From: Eledone cirrhosa
Taxonomy: Eukaryota
Reading direction: 5' to 3'
DNA: 64,000 bases
Assembly: GCA_964016885.1 (NCBI GenBank)
Contig: OZ024743.1
Span: 68,572,001-68,636,000 of the forward strand
In this document: positions 12,541-28,720 of the stretch, piece by piece
How positions within the stretch are numbered: position 1 is the first letter of the stretch
Layout of the letters: each line of letters begins with the position of its first letter
Position numbers and translations under genes: made by a program
Notes under the pieces: generated by a model
The model's input: the letters and a program-made list of their open reading frames with translations, nothing else
What the model was told of the DNA's origin: nothing
The model's database searches: none

Positions 12541-12744
12541 ACATACATACATACATACATACATACATACATACATACATACATACATACATACGTATAG
12601 GTTTACAAAATAGGGAATGCTTTAACGTGTTTGTTAGCAGGTCCAAGGTGCATTCTGAGTGTTTTTTATTGTACAAATGCCAGTATTTAAAGAAAGAAAA
12701 CAGTATTTAATACATACGCAGACGCATACACACACATACATACG

Positions 12745-12805
<61 letters not shown>

Positions 12806-12809
12806 ATAC

Positions 12810-12859
<50 letters not shown>

Positions 12860-14200
12860 ACATACACACAAAGCGTGACGAATCTAAGATTTGTCTAACT
12901 GTAAAGCTGATATCACTTTAACCGAGCGTCAAAGATTACATTCAACTGTTGTCATTGGAGGAAGTTTATTTTGGAGATCTTCCAGATGCCTGAGTGGTCC
13001 AGGCTGAGCGATAGATTTTCATTTCACATCGAACGGCCAGAAAGCCTTGTAATGGATAATCTCCCTTTATACAATAATAAGCGAGTCACCTAAGACTTGC
13101 AATAAAGCTAAGCTAATACATGACCCGCCTAGAAATATTTTGCAAATAAGCTATATTCACCAGAGAGAGAGATAGAAAGGGTGGGAGAGAAAAAGAGAGA
13201 AAAAGAGAGAGATATATAGATAGAGAGAGAGAGAGAGAGAGTGAGACCCACGCACTTATAATTGTGAAAAACTCAGAGTAAAAAAAAGATTTCCAATACA
13301 TATATATATTAAGACAAGGGGGAAGAAAAAATGGCTTCACTTGTGCTTTCAACAAATTTATTTTCTTCACAAAATCCAAAAAGAATTTTTCTTAAAAAAA
13401 ATTATTTTATAAATTAAGTTGTTGGTTGTTGGTTAGGTCTTAGGAGTTCTTGGTTAACGTAGGAGGTATTGTTTCGTTTTTAGAAAGACCTTTCACGCTG
13501 AGGTGCGCTTGTCAAACTGATGTGTATGTGGTGTGTTGTTCTATATATAGGGATTTAACATGTCTGTGGTGTGGTGGGGGTTTCATTTCTCCCCCTTTAA
13601 TAAGTGCATGGGTGTAGGTGTGTTGAAAAAGTGTTCATAGCAGTAATGAGTTGAGACGGTGAGTAGGGTTGGGTGGGGAGAAATGTAGCAAGTGCGGCCT
13701 GCCCCGGTCATTCTCGAAAAATTCCTTTATTCAGGGGTAAAAGCTTTTAGTATTGCTTTTGTGTTGAGGATGGTCACAGGCAAATCGCACCTGTCAATTT
13801 TGTGAATAATAATTTTTTTCTTTTTTTCCCGAAGAATTTTTCTACGTCCATCCCAAAGTTAGTCCTTTGTTCAACACACACATATGTGCGCATATACGTA
13901 CATACACACACGGGCATATGTAGGAATATATAGGCACATACCATCAATCACACACCCATGTACAAATACATCCACATACATACACAAAAACATATAGAGA
14001 CATATATAAAAACACACATACACATGCGTACACACACGAATATGTACTCATACCTCCACATGAGTATATATATATATACATATATACATACATCCATATA
14101 TATATATATATAATAAAAAATTGAACAGGGACAGAACAGAGAGGCAGTACGACAAATGTTTATTAGCTTCACGCTCAGGAGAGTGGGGGGTAGGTGGAGG

Positions 14201-14232
14201 ACGACGTTTCGGGCATAAGTCCTTCTTCGGGT
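14201..14232 (-). ncRNA. Minimal PLE hammerhead (U4C)
   Basis: Minus strand reads ac-CCGAAGA-agg acttatg ccc-GAAAC-GTC-gt, with no stem III loop. Confidence 0.65.
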
Positions 14233-15065
14233 AGGAGTTCAAAAGGTGTGTAGGGGAGTGGTGGAGAGACATATAGCGAAAGGAAACGGTGCGAATGAAA
14301 AATTAACAAATAAAGACAAAATTATAATAAATAATAAATAAAAATAAAGCATGATCAAAATACAAGGAATGAGAACATTTAAAAATAAAGGCATGATCAA
14401 AATAAACTGAAATTAAAAGGGGGGTAAACAGGTGGTGGAAGGGTGTGGGGTGAGTAGAGGTGGAGGCGGGTAGAGTGGGGAGAGGGAGACGGGGTGTCCG
14501 AGCGGGGAGGGCTGAAGGTGGTGTGTGTGGTTAGGTGTGCGTGTGTGTGTGTGTGTGTGTATGTGAAAGTGAGTGTTGGGGGAAGAACGGGGTTGCATGT
14601 TCAGGAAGGTGTGTGTAGGGGGTGTTTTTGTGTGTCGGAGGGTCTGTGCGTGTGTGGATAGGGGGTGGGGGGAGAGGAATCAGGGGGCTGAGGGTGTAAA
14701 TATGTGGTGGGAAGCACGTGTGTGTGGTTTAAGCCTGTTGTGGGTGTGGGTGGCGTGTGGATAAAAAAAATTGTTTTGGGATGTGTGTGTGGGTGAGTTA
14801 TATAGGTGATGGTGTTAGAGGATGGTTGAAAAGTGGTAAGTTACACGGATGTATGGAGATTTTGGTTGGAAGTCAAAACGCGTGTGGGTAATCCAAGAAG
14901 CGGTGGTCGGAAGAGGAGAGATGTGGGGTGCGCGCGCAACAGGAAGTGGTCAGCAGTGGAAGTGCTGTGGTCAGTTGGTGCTGAGACAGTGGTCGGAAGG
15001 GCATAGCAGCAGTCAGCGGAATGGTAGGGAGGCGAGGATGGGTAGGTGTGAGAGTTGGAGTGAGG

Positions 15066-15118
<53 letters not shown>

Positions 15119-15594
15119 TAGTAGGGGTGTTAGTGGGATGAGTGAGTGTGGAGTGGGGAGAGAAGGGTGTGTGTGGTTCTATGGAGGGAGTGTGGTGTAC
15201 TGGTGTGTGTGTAGTTTGGTGAGGAGGTGTTAGTGGGTGTTAGTAGACGGGAGGTGGGGAGGGGTGGAATGCAGGTGTGAGTGGGGGTTAGTGGGGGTAG
15301 GGTGTGTAGAGTTGGTGGTGTACGAGGGTGTGTGGGTACGTGTGCGTGGGGTTGGAGGGTGTTAGTGATGTTAGTTGCGTGTGGGGTGGGTGGTGTAAGT
15401 GTGTGCGTGTGATAAGGAGGAGGGAGGAGGAGAAGAGGGGAGGGAAGGGATGTTAGTATGTTAGTTGGGGAAGGGTGGTTAGATGAGGGGTGGAGTGGGG
15501 GTGTTAGTATTGTTAGTGTGGGGTGGGCGGTGAAAAGGAGGGGTGTGTTAGTGGTGTTAGTGGGGGATAAGTGGGGGAGGGGGGCGGTCGAACG

Positions 15595-16476
15595 CTAAAG
15601 GAATAAGGGTGGGGAGTTCAGGCCGGGTGGGGTGTGGGTCTGTAAGATGAAGATAGTACGTTGTTCGACCGTGAGGCGATGGGCGGGTGTTCCGTGGCAC
15701 TGGAGTAGGCCACAGACTGTGAGATGGTGTGCGGAGTGTCCAGGGCCACCAAAGTGGCGGGCGATGGGGGAACTGCCCCCGAGACGAATGTCCCGGAGGT
15801 GCTCCGTGACTCGGTCCGCCAGGCGGCGTCCCGTCTGTCCGACATAAGTCGCGCTGCACCTCGTGCAACGAAGTCCGTAGACTAGGTTGGAGGAGGTGCA
15901 GCGGAAGGCATGCCGGACCGAGAGAGGGTGGCCGTTGGGACCCTGGAAGGTGGTGGTGTTGGTGATGTGGGGACAGGTGTTGCAGCGGGGCCTAGAACAG
16001 GGGAAGGAACCGGGGGGAAACGGAGCGTGGGTTGGGGGGTAGGGAGCTGTGGACGAGGAGGGTGCGGAGATTGCGTGCCCGTATGAAGGAGGGGAGTGGT
16101 GGGGTTGGGAAGATGTGGGAGGTGGAGGGGTCGGACTGGAGGTGTCGGAAGAGGCGGCGGATGGTGCGGTGGAGGGGTAAGGTGGAGGGGTGGTAGGTGA
16201 TGGGGAAGGGGAGACGGTGGGTGGGTGTGCGGTGGCGTGGGGTGAGGGTGGTAGAGCGGGGGATAGCACGGGCGCGGGTGAGAGCGGTGTGGAGAGAGAG
16301 GGGGGGTAACCTCTGCGGATGAAATGGCTGACTAGGGAAAGGGCATGGGACTCGAAGTCAGCATCTCGGCTACAGAGGCGGCGGATCCTGAGAAGTTGGG
16401 AGTAGGGAATGGAGAGTTTAGTGTGGGTGGGGTGGGAAGAGGTGAAGTCGAGGTAAGAGTGGGAGTCGGTGGGTTT
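15595..16476 (-). pseudogene. PLE RT thumb + GIY-YIG endonuclease
   Basis: KPTDSHSYLDFTSSHP..IPYSQLLRIRRLCS..RGYP; linker CSRPRCNTC; LVYGLRCTRCSATYVGQTGRRLADRVTEH..E..GLN. Middle probably frameshifted. Confidence 0.92.
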
Positions 16477-16776
16477 ATATATATATATATACATACATAT
16501 ACACATACACACACACATATAAATATATATACACACACACATATATACATATATACATACATATACATACATACATATACATACATATATACACATAAAG
16601 ATACATAACTAAATATACATATATACTCATACACGCACACATACACACACACACACACACACATATACATATGTCCGTATATATACCCCTCCGTTCACAC
16701 ATACATGCATACACACACACACATACACACATACATCTATATATATATATATACACATATAAAGAGAGAGGCATAC

Positions 16777-16869
<93 letters not shown>

Positions 16870-16986
16870 CATATACATATACATACATATACACATACAT
16901 ATATGTACACATAAACACATACAGACACATACACACATATACACATACATATATATCCATATACATATATATCTACACGTACATAT

Positions 16987-17052
<66 letters not shown>

Positions 17053-17114
17053 CTATGTACATGTATGTGTATGTATGTATGTGTGTATGTATGTACTTGT
17101 ATGTGTATGTGTAT

Positions 17115-17159
<45 letters not shown>

Positions 17160-17223
17160 CACACATACATACACATACACATACAAGTACATACATACAC
17201 ACATACATACATACACATACATG

Positions 17224-17265
<42 letters not shown>

Positions 17266-17586
17266 TACATACATATATATATACATATATATACACATAC
17301 ACACACATACATACACACATACATATATACATATATATATATGTGCGTACACACGAGCACATAAAGACACATATACACATATATATACATATATATATAC
17401 ATATATATACACATACATCTACATACATACATACATATACACAAACAGAAACATATACATATGTACACACATATATACATATATGCACATTCATACACAC
17501 ACACACACATATATATATAGGTACATACACATACATACACACACACATAAACATACATATATATCCATATATACATATATATATAC

Positions 17587-17669
<83 letters not shown>

Positions 17670-17724
17670 TATACAAACATACACATACACACATGTACAC
17701 ATACACATATATACACACATACAC

Positions 17725-17801
<77 letters not shown>

Positions 17802-17824
17802 TACAAACATACACACATCCATAC

Positions 17825-17870
<46 letters not shown>

Positions 17871-17930
17871 ACACCCACATACATATATACACACACGTAC
17901 ATACATCCATGCATCCCTACACACATATAT
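16477..17930. repeat. Compound (TA)/(CA)/(TACA) low-complexity array
   Basis: Direct reading. Confidence 0.95.
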
Positions 17931-18019
17931 GTGTGTGTCTCACCGTTCACTCAGATATTCATGTGTACACATAAGAGGGGGAGGGGTAGTGAAATGGAAT
18001 TTTACCTCCGAGTGTTAAT

Positions 18020-19015
18020 TCATTTTTTCGTGTTCAGTAGTGGTTTAAATTTTGCAATGAAGAATTCTTCTTTATATCTGCGGAAATGTTCGTTATCCGA
18101 CCATATCTTGAAGAAAGGGAAGATTGTGAATTTTCCCTTCCCGCATGATGCAAAGTGTGCGCTACATGTGGTATTTCTGACTGTGGGGTCTTTAATTTGT
18201 TGTTTATGTACCCGGACTCTATCATGTAATCCCGTTCGGGTTTCCCCAATGTAATACTCTTTACACTGTGGACATGTTGCGCAATATATTAGGTTTTCCG
18301 TTTTGCAGTTCATGTTAGCATTGACCTTGAAATTATCATGGTTTTTGAAGGACAACTGTTTGCCCTCTTCGATGAGTTCACAGGTTCCACATATAGGGTC
18401 CCCGCATTTCGTCACTTGCATTGATTCCATGTTGGTCGTAAATTTTGCCTTGGTAATTAGTTTTTTAAGGTTGGGTGCTTGGCGTCTGCTATAAATTATA
18501 TGTGTTTTTTAAGAGTGCATTCATTTTGGTAGATTGCTGTAGAATGGGGAGATACTGCTTAGCAGTTTTCACAATGTTGATGTTCCCTGGGTTGTGAGTG
18601 ATGACAAAAGAGATAGCAGGGTTTTCTTTTTTATGTTGTGGGTTTGGTTTTCTCAGTGTTGTTATTGGAATGTTCTTAGCCTTGGAGATGGCTGCGTTGA
18701 TGAGTTTCATCGGGTATTCTTGTTTTTAAGGAATTTTTTCAGGTCACATAATCTTTTTTCTTGTATACATAGTGTTGCTATAGTGCAGATGCGCCTTGCC
18801 ATGTTGAAGGGAATGTTCCTTTACGTATGTGAGGGGTGTGCTGACCGGAAATTTAAGTATTGGTGTGTGTCAGTGGGTTTGCAAAATAGGTCCGTTATGA
18901 TATTTTCTCCTTCTTTCATGATGAGGATATCTAGAAAGGGCAGTTCCTTTTCGTTACATTCCATAGTGAATTGTATAGCTTCATGAAGCCTGTTTAGGAT
19001 CGAATAAAATGTTTG
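18020..19015 (-). pseudogene. Second Neptune-type PLE: RT C-terminus, thumb and GIY-YIG
   Basis: IQFTME..LPFLDILI..KPTDTHQYLNFRSAHP; CGDPICGTC; [34 protein letters not shown]; stops and frameshifts. Confidence 0.92.
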
Positions 19016-19053
19016 TATATATATATATATATACATACATATATTATATATAT

Positions 19054-19193
19054 AACAAAGGAATTGTGGTAAGGAACCAGATGGACCATAACGCACCAGA
19101 GTACTCAATACTTAGGGTAGTAGAGTGGGAAATAAGAAAAAGTCCAGAAATAGCCGCCGAAACGTCTTGAGCTCTGTCGTCGGGGTCATAATT

Positions 19194-19198
<5 letters not shown>
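19054..19198. mobile_element. Family C element
   Basis: Same tail as 9290; plus arm starts agtccagaaatagccg. Confidence 0.8.
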
Positions 19199-19247
<49 letters not shown>

Positions 19248-19251
<4 letters not shown>

Positions 19252-19546
19252 GAAAACGTGAAGAATAACATGGTCAACAGTACAAAAAAGGGGAATTTAT
19301 TTACAGTCTTACCATAGACTGTAGCTAAATTCCCCTTTTTTGTACTGTTGACCATGTTATTCTTCACTTTTTCAATTTTATTACTCCAAGATAAACTTAC
19401 ATAGGAATTCAAGTGAAATCATAAACTCGTCATCTACGTAAACCTCTCATTGAGTCACACAACGCCGTACGCTAAAACTATCCATAATAAGAAGTATTCA
19501 CAACCTCTAACTGGATTACCTATAACGATATTTTGTTATTCCTTGT
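19248..19546. mobile_element. Fold-back element (family H)
   Basis: Arms ~19248-19308 / 19316-19376 and a ~170-nt tail; (TA)n flanks; no HHR retained. Confidence 0.65.
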
Positions 19547-19638
19547 ATATATATATATATATATATATAAATGAAAAGTATAGAAAACATTGTAGCAAAA
19601 ATCCAACAGTATTCCATAATATATATATATATATACAC

Positions 19639-19889
<251 letters not shown>

Positions 19890-20197
19890 ATATCATGTAC
19901 TGCGTGCACTTTGTTTCGTGTTTAAACATAAAAGTTATTTTTAGATATATGAGAGCATTTGTGAGTGAGCTTTTGTTCGTTTGTGTGCACGTGTGTGAGA
20001 GTGTGTGTGAGTGTATGTGTGTATGTGTGTGTGTTTGTGCGTGAGTGTGAGGGTGAGTGTGTGTATTTGTGTGTGTCTGCATTAAATGCTGCTTTCTTCC
20101 CTGAAATACTGACGCTCGTACAATACAAAATCAAGATGTTATACAATACATTTCTGGAGATTTATAAATATGACAAGTTAGGAAGAAATATAGGAAG

Positions 20198-20328
<131 letters not shown>

Positions 20329-20332
20329 TATA

Positions 20333-23160
<2,828 letters not shown>

Positions 23161-23670
23161 ATGTGAGATAAAAAGAGTAGAACGTCAAAAAAAAAACGGT
23201 AGGAAGGATTGAAATATTAGAAATTTGGCATAAAATCCAAATATTTCTGACATTTATAGAATTTATAAAATGTTTAGAAATTTAAAGAGTTGACATAATA
23301 TTGATAGAAAAGTTGATTGTTAAATAACAGAAATGGTACTACAGAGTCAAGCTGAAGTATATGTATAAGTATGTATGTAAAAACCTATAAATCCTGATAG
23401 AATCGTAGAGATGGAGATGGGCAGAAGTGATACAGAGTTACAAGGGAAATATTGAGCCCAATACTGGATTGGTAGATGTTTTCGGAACTGGAAAGGATTA
23501 AATATAAAGGTTGAAATTGGTGGGATTAGAAATCAGAATACAGCATGTTTCTCAGTGATAGAGGTCATCACCACCCTCCCCCGCATGGCCTGTGTGTAGC
23601 CATAGATGAGTTATCGAGAAGCAGTCGCTAATATCAACACCTTTTCATCAAAGCAGACATTAATTTACCT

Positions 23671-23698
23671 ACCCAGCCAACGCTGGGTACTGCTGCCA

Positions 23699-23700
<2 letters not shown>
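23671..23700 (+). mobile_element. Possible Helitron 3' terminus
   Basis: Hairpin acccagc-caac-gctgggt, 7 nt, then CCAG|T (CTAG-like), followed by (AT)n. Confidence 0.45.
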
Positions 23701-23758
<58 letters not shown>

Positions 23759-23760
<2 letters not shown>

Positions 23761-23876
23761 GATGATTTCTCACTAATGAAACAGTTCTAGTCCTGTAGAA
23801 GCTCTCCTTCTATATTAAAACTTTTATACTCTGCCATGTATTGAGTACCTTACCTCCGATTAAACCCGGAATAACT

Positions 23877-23879
<3 letters not shown>
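23759..23879 (+). mobile_element. Family A pLTR fragment starting at the HHR core
   Basis: CTGATGA-tttctcactaat-GAAAC-AG ttctagtc CT-GTA-gaagc (23759-23802), then the family tail. Confidence 0.8.
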
Positions 23880-23920
<41 letters not shown>

Positions 23921-24252
23921 AAGAATGAAGAGTAACATGGTTGGCTGTACCCCATATATATACATGTGTGTATAAAGGGAGTGAGAGCGATTCGTACACA
24001 CAAGTAGACAAACTCACACACACACACGCACATATATGTGTGTGTGTGAGAGAGAGAGAGAGACTCCGTTAGTGTGTGAACGTGTGAAAGAGATATATAC
24101 AGGCATAACTATCACAGATATTTGAAAATTATATTTGTTCTAGTACTCCTGAATTGTGAAATGAAAAACATTTTCCCCATGAAATCAGTTCGAACAATTC
24201 TGTATTGACAGTAAATTATAATGAGGGATAATGTTGCGTAAAATGTTTGATT

Positions 24253-24418
24253 ATGGTCGCTGGTATTGCTGTCGGGTTAGGAATTTTGCTTCGCAGCCAC
24301 ATGGATTCCGGCTCCATTCCATAGCGCGGCAATTTGGGCAAAGGTCTTTTACAGTAACACCGTGCTGGTCAAAGGTCTTTGACTGAAATTTAGTAGACGA
24401 AAACTGTAGGGAAATCCT
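24253..24418 (+). mobile_element. Diverged tRNA-derived SINE (second family, CORE-like)
   Basis: tRNA-like head, ttgggcaaaggtctt core-like motif, tagtagacgaaaactg 3' part. Confidence 0.6.
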
Positions 24419-24569
24419 TCATTCTATCTTCTGTTGATAGATTAACATTCGAAACATTAACATATAACAATCGTTACAATAACAGATAACATCATTGTAT
24501 TTTATTGTACTCACATGTTATGTATTCTTGCCTCTTTCTTTTACACGCGCGCACACGCGCGCACACGCA

Positions 24570-24666
<97 letters not shown>

Positions 24667-24771
24667 GTACGATATATGTAAAATAAACCGAAATAACAAA
24701 CATAACAAAACAAACGGCACAGTATATGGAAGAAATATATTAGTGTAATGCTTGAAATAGCAGGAAGAGAG

Positions 24772-24807
24772 TCTTAACGTTTCGGACAATTCTCCTTCTT
24801 CAAAAGA
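24772..24807 (-). ncRNA. Minimal PLE hammerhead (family K)
   Basis: Minus strand reads tctt-TTGAAGA-agga gaattg tcc-GAAAC-GTT-aaga; C3 mutated. Confidence 0.6.
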
Positions 24808-25827
24808 TAGAGTTAGAAATAGAAGATAAATAGAAAGTAAAGAGTGATGAGAGGAAGGAACAGAGAAAATGAGAAAATAAAATGGAGCGGAAAACAAACA
24901 TTCGTATTCAGTCGGCCATCTTACGTGTATGTGTGTGTGTAAGTGAGTGTATCTGTTTGTTTGCGTTTTCTCTTTGTTTATGCCTGGCGAATTAGAGGCT
25001 TGACAAAACTAGATCGATGAAGGAAGTATTAGACATGAAATAATAAGAACTATTAGTGAGATATTTGAGTAAGATTCTTTGACAGAGGTTGCAGACTTAG
25101 CCTCCCGCTAATGATTGAAACCAGTAAAATAATAAAAGAACATGTGTAGACTATTTATATGTAAGCGAACATACATAGATATTCCGCTTCCACTATCCTT
25201 TGATCCTACCATTAAACTCATTAAATATTAATTAATAGTTATTAATTATTAATTAATCTTTCGCTCGTTCTTCTATCCTCATTATATAACTTTTACATGT
25301 GTCCGAATTCGTGTCTGGAAGGATATTACTTACGTCCCCTGGCACGTTCATTGTTGATTAATTTGAATTTCAAATTAATTTTACCGTTCTCACCGTAGAA
25401 TACTTGCTGAATATATAAAACTTTCAAGATAACAGCCAATATTCATTTATTCCTCGTCCCTCACACATGTCTTACCATTTCCCTCCCCCGTTCTCTTCCT
25501 GGTCCATATTCTCAGTGTAGACTCTAATTACAGCTTACCATCATTCTCTATATATTTGGCTCCAGACACTAAACATCTCTAGACTTACCATCTCCCTCTT
25601 TTAAACATCCTTCTTTCTTCTATCTTCTGTTTAAATATTTAACGATTAAATTGGAACTACTCAGTCATGTCACTAATGAACTACATTCGATCGGTAAAAT
25701 GTATCATCTCACGTGTATATATATAGAGATAGATAGATATGGTCCACCTGGTTACTTACGACACTTCCTTCGTTATAGAGATAGACAGATATATATATAT
25801 ATATCTGCACAGGCTCACATTCACATA

Positions 25828-25870
<43 letters not shown>

Positions 25871-25921
25871 ACACACCCACACACACACAACATATATATA
25901 TATATATATATATATGTGTGT

Positions 25922-25957
<36 letters not shown>

Positions 25958-26090
25958 TACACTTCAATGTAATGTATCGTTTGCTTTGTTATTTCTGTTA
26001 CATTTTCACATACATATTTATATTGGCATACTTTGGGAGAGTCATGCTGCCAATAGATACAAAAAGTGAATATATATATAATATATATAT

Positions 26091-26172
<82 letters not shown>

Positions 26173-26444
26173 TCTGCCATTCAATGAAGTCAAAATGCCA
26201 CCGTTCTTTGTACATGAATGATAATGATTTACGGAAATTTAAGACGTTTGTTGCAAAGATAAATTAGTTGGCAAGAGAAAGGGCGCCAAAGTGTACAAAA
26301 GAAAACTAGGTTTATTGTTTCAAACATTTATGTTTTCAAAAAACCAACACATTCATTGGCAGGTGGCTGTGTCACTATATAGTCAACGTGAATTGGAGAA
26401 GGAAGTGACATATAAACAAGCGACGTATATAGACAAGCACACAA

Positions 26445-26495
<51 letters not shown>

Positions 26496-26565
26496 TATAT
26501 ATATATACACACATACACACATACACACACACATACACACATATACACACATAACACACACATAC

Positions 26566-26620
<55 letters not shown>

Positions 26621-26840
26621 GAGGCAGGCTTGTATTCAAGGTTTACACTGTACTTTCAGCAAACAACTTTGCAACTTCAAAGAAGAAATATTACGTGTCA
26701 TGTTTACCTCTCCTTTGTTAATGTTACCGGAAATGATACACACACACAGAGCAATCTCTAAAAGGTCATAATAGTGTGTGTATATATAAAAAAAATGATC
26801 GTAGGCTATATTCAGTTGATTAAGGTTTACTCTAACACTC

Positions 26841-26896
26841 CGTTATACGTATTTCACTGAGGACTATCAATTACGATAGCCTGAGCTCTTCAGACG
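26841..26896 (-). ncRNA. Hammerhead, canonical core
   Basis: Minus strand reads cgt-CTGAAGA-gctcagg ctatcg taat tgatag tcctcagt-GAAA-tacgta-TA-acg. Confidence 0.85.
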
Positions 26897-27029
26897 ACAA
26901 AATCTAAAATAAACATAGAATGTTCCTAAGAAACCTTTAAATTGAGAAAAATCTAATAAATTCCCCGAATTATAATATATATACAGTATATCTATATCTA
27001 TATATCTCTCTCTCTATATATATATATAA

Positions 27030-27063
<34 letters not shown>

Positions 27064-27628
27064 ATACATATATACAATAACATATAATATAATGTAATAT
27101 AATGTAATATAATATAAGATTAGTCTAAGATAAATTAGTTCAGTTATATTACATCTTAAATGGCTCAAATACTATATAGACTAAAAACTATAAATTGTAA
27201 AGCTTAATTTTTCCAAAATTATATTTATGTGTAAAGATTTACAGAATATTAAAAGCAATTTGCAAGCAAAAATTACATTTTCGAACAAAAATATAATTTC
27301 ACCTCCAATTTTGAGCTCATACCACCCTTTCATTCTGGCAAGGAAATAGACCTTAACTAATCAATAAATTAAGTAAAATCATCAGTAAGCAATATCTTAA
27401 AACATAGCTTATGGCATTCACATGAACATTCAAGTGTTATACCTTGTTTTGTTACCTGTCTAGGAAGTAAACATCCATCTCACAGCAAAAAGACACTGAT
27501 CTGTTAAAAAATATTCCATGTGAAATAAATATATATATGTATATCTTTCCGCTTTCCAATGTACAGCGTGAAACTAATAAGACTTGTTGTACCTCTGTTT
27601 GCTGTCTCCTTGAACTATATATATATAT

Positions 27629-27818
27629 AAGTTTATCCAGGATTCAATCGGGGGTAACCACAGTAAGTGAGGTGTCAACACACAGCAGAGTATACACATT
27701 TAATATAGAAATGGCTTCTCCAGGACTAGAACTGTTTCATTCGAGAGAAATCATCGGGCCTTCATGATGATTTCTCCCGAATGAAACAGATCTAGTCCTG
27801 TAGAAACCATTTCTATAT
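27629..27818. mobile_element. Family A fold-back with two decayed HHRs
   Basis: Tail on the left; HHR motifs at ~27714-27757 (-) and ~27760-27807 (+). Confidence 0.8.
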
Positions 27819-27845
27819 GATATATATATATATATATATATATAT

Positions 27846-28121
27846 AAGTCGCGTAACACAACAGTTAGTTCACCATACCGAGAAACAATTGTTTCCCGTT
27901 AGCGGGTCTTCAGCTCGTACTGGTCATTGTTATACGGAACAGGAAGAACAACCGTATTTCTTCCCGTTCCGTATAACCATGACCAGTACGAGCTGAAAAT
28001 CCGATAAGGTGAAACAATTCTTCTCGGTATGTTGAACTAACTGTTGTGTTACTACTTCTACCAAACTCGTCCCATGGACTCAGTGCTCTACCACTACGGA
28101 TATTAGATTCCAGTGTTCTAC
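27846..28121. mobile_element. Fold-back element (family I) with an HHR in each arm
   Basis: Arms 27853-27948 / 27958-28052. cgag-CTGAAGA-cccgctaacgg-GAAAC-AATT-GTT at 27879-27917 (-); decayed copy at 27989-28026 (+). Confidence 0.75.
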
Positions 28122-28159
<38 letters not shown>

Positions 28160-28411
28160 TTGTATGTGTATGTGTATGTGTGTGCGTGTGGGTGTGTGTG
28201 TATGTGTGGGTGTGTGTGTCTGTGCGTGTGTGTGTCAGTGTAAGTAATACAAGAGTTTCCGTACATTAGATCAAGGAAAACCTGTGTCCTATGTTATGTA
28301 AATTATATATAAATTCCCAACACATCTGAATGCTACATATACTTTTAATGCCTGGTATTGCCAGCAACATAAGCAACACACAGATATACGGTTTCTAAGA
28401 CGTATGCTTTA

Positions 28412-28720
28412 AAGGCGCTTGGCTTAGTGGTTAGAGTGTCCGATTCATAATCGGGACGTTGTGATATCGATTCGCGGACCAGACTGTGCGTTGGCCTCTT
28501 GAGCAGCTCAGTATATTTCACCTTGCTCCAATCACTCAACCGTAGAAAGGAGTTGCGAGGTTCATATTGCAGAACTGTATTGGCATCTCTTGAACAACAT
28601 CGGTGGCATAATAATGTGAAATATGTATGCATGGGCGACTGCTGGTGTTCCAGAAAAACATCTTGCCCGAACTTGTGCTACGGGAACCTTTCTGAATGAA
28701 TTTGTGACTAAAGTGTGACT
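28412..28720 (+). mobile_element. Diverged tRNA-derived SINE (third family)
   Basis: A-box-like tggcttagtggttagag, B-box-like tcgattc, then ttgagcag..tatttcaccttgctcc. Confidence 0.6.

Larger units (their letters stand above)
14112..16476 (-). mobile_element. 5'-truncated Neptune-type Penelope-like element
   Basis: RT-thumb and GIY-YIG coding region, ~1.4-kb C/A-rich 3' region, HHR at 14201-14232; TA/CA microsatellite flanks. Confidence 0.9.

Noticed and set aside
13400-13860. Possible APE endonuclease remnant on the minus strand (NDRGR..MNTF)
   Set aside because: Too decayed to support by eye; needs BLASTX. The same applies to weak LINE-like traces at 41650-41750, 47060-47160 and 59310-59560.
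28412-28485. tRNA genes at SINE heads
   Set aside because: A/B-box-like motifs are present, but the cloverleaf is incomplete and continues into SINE body.
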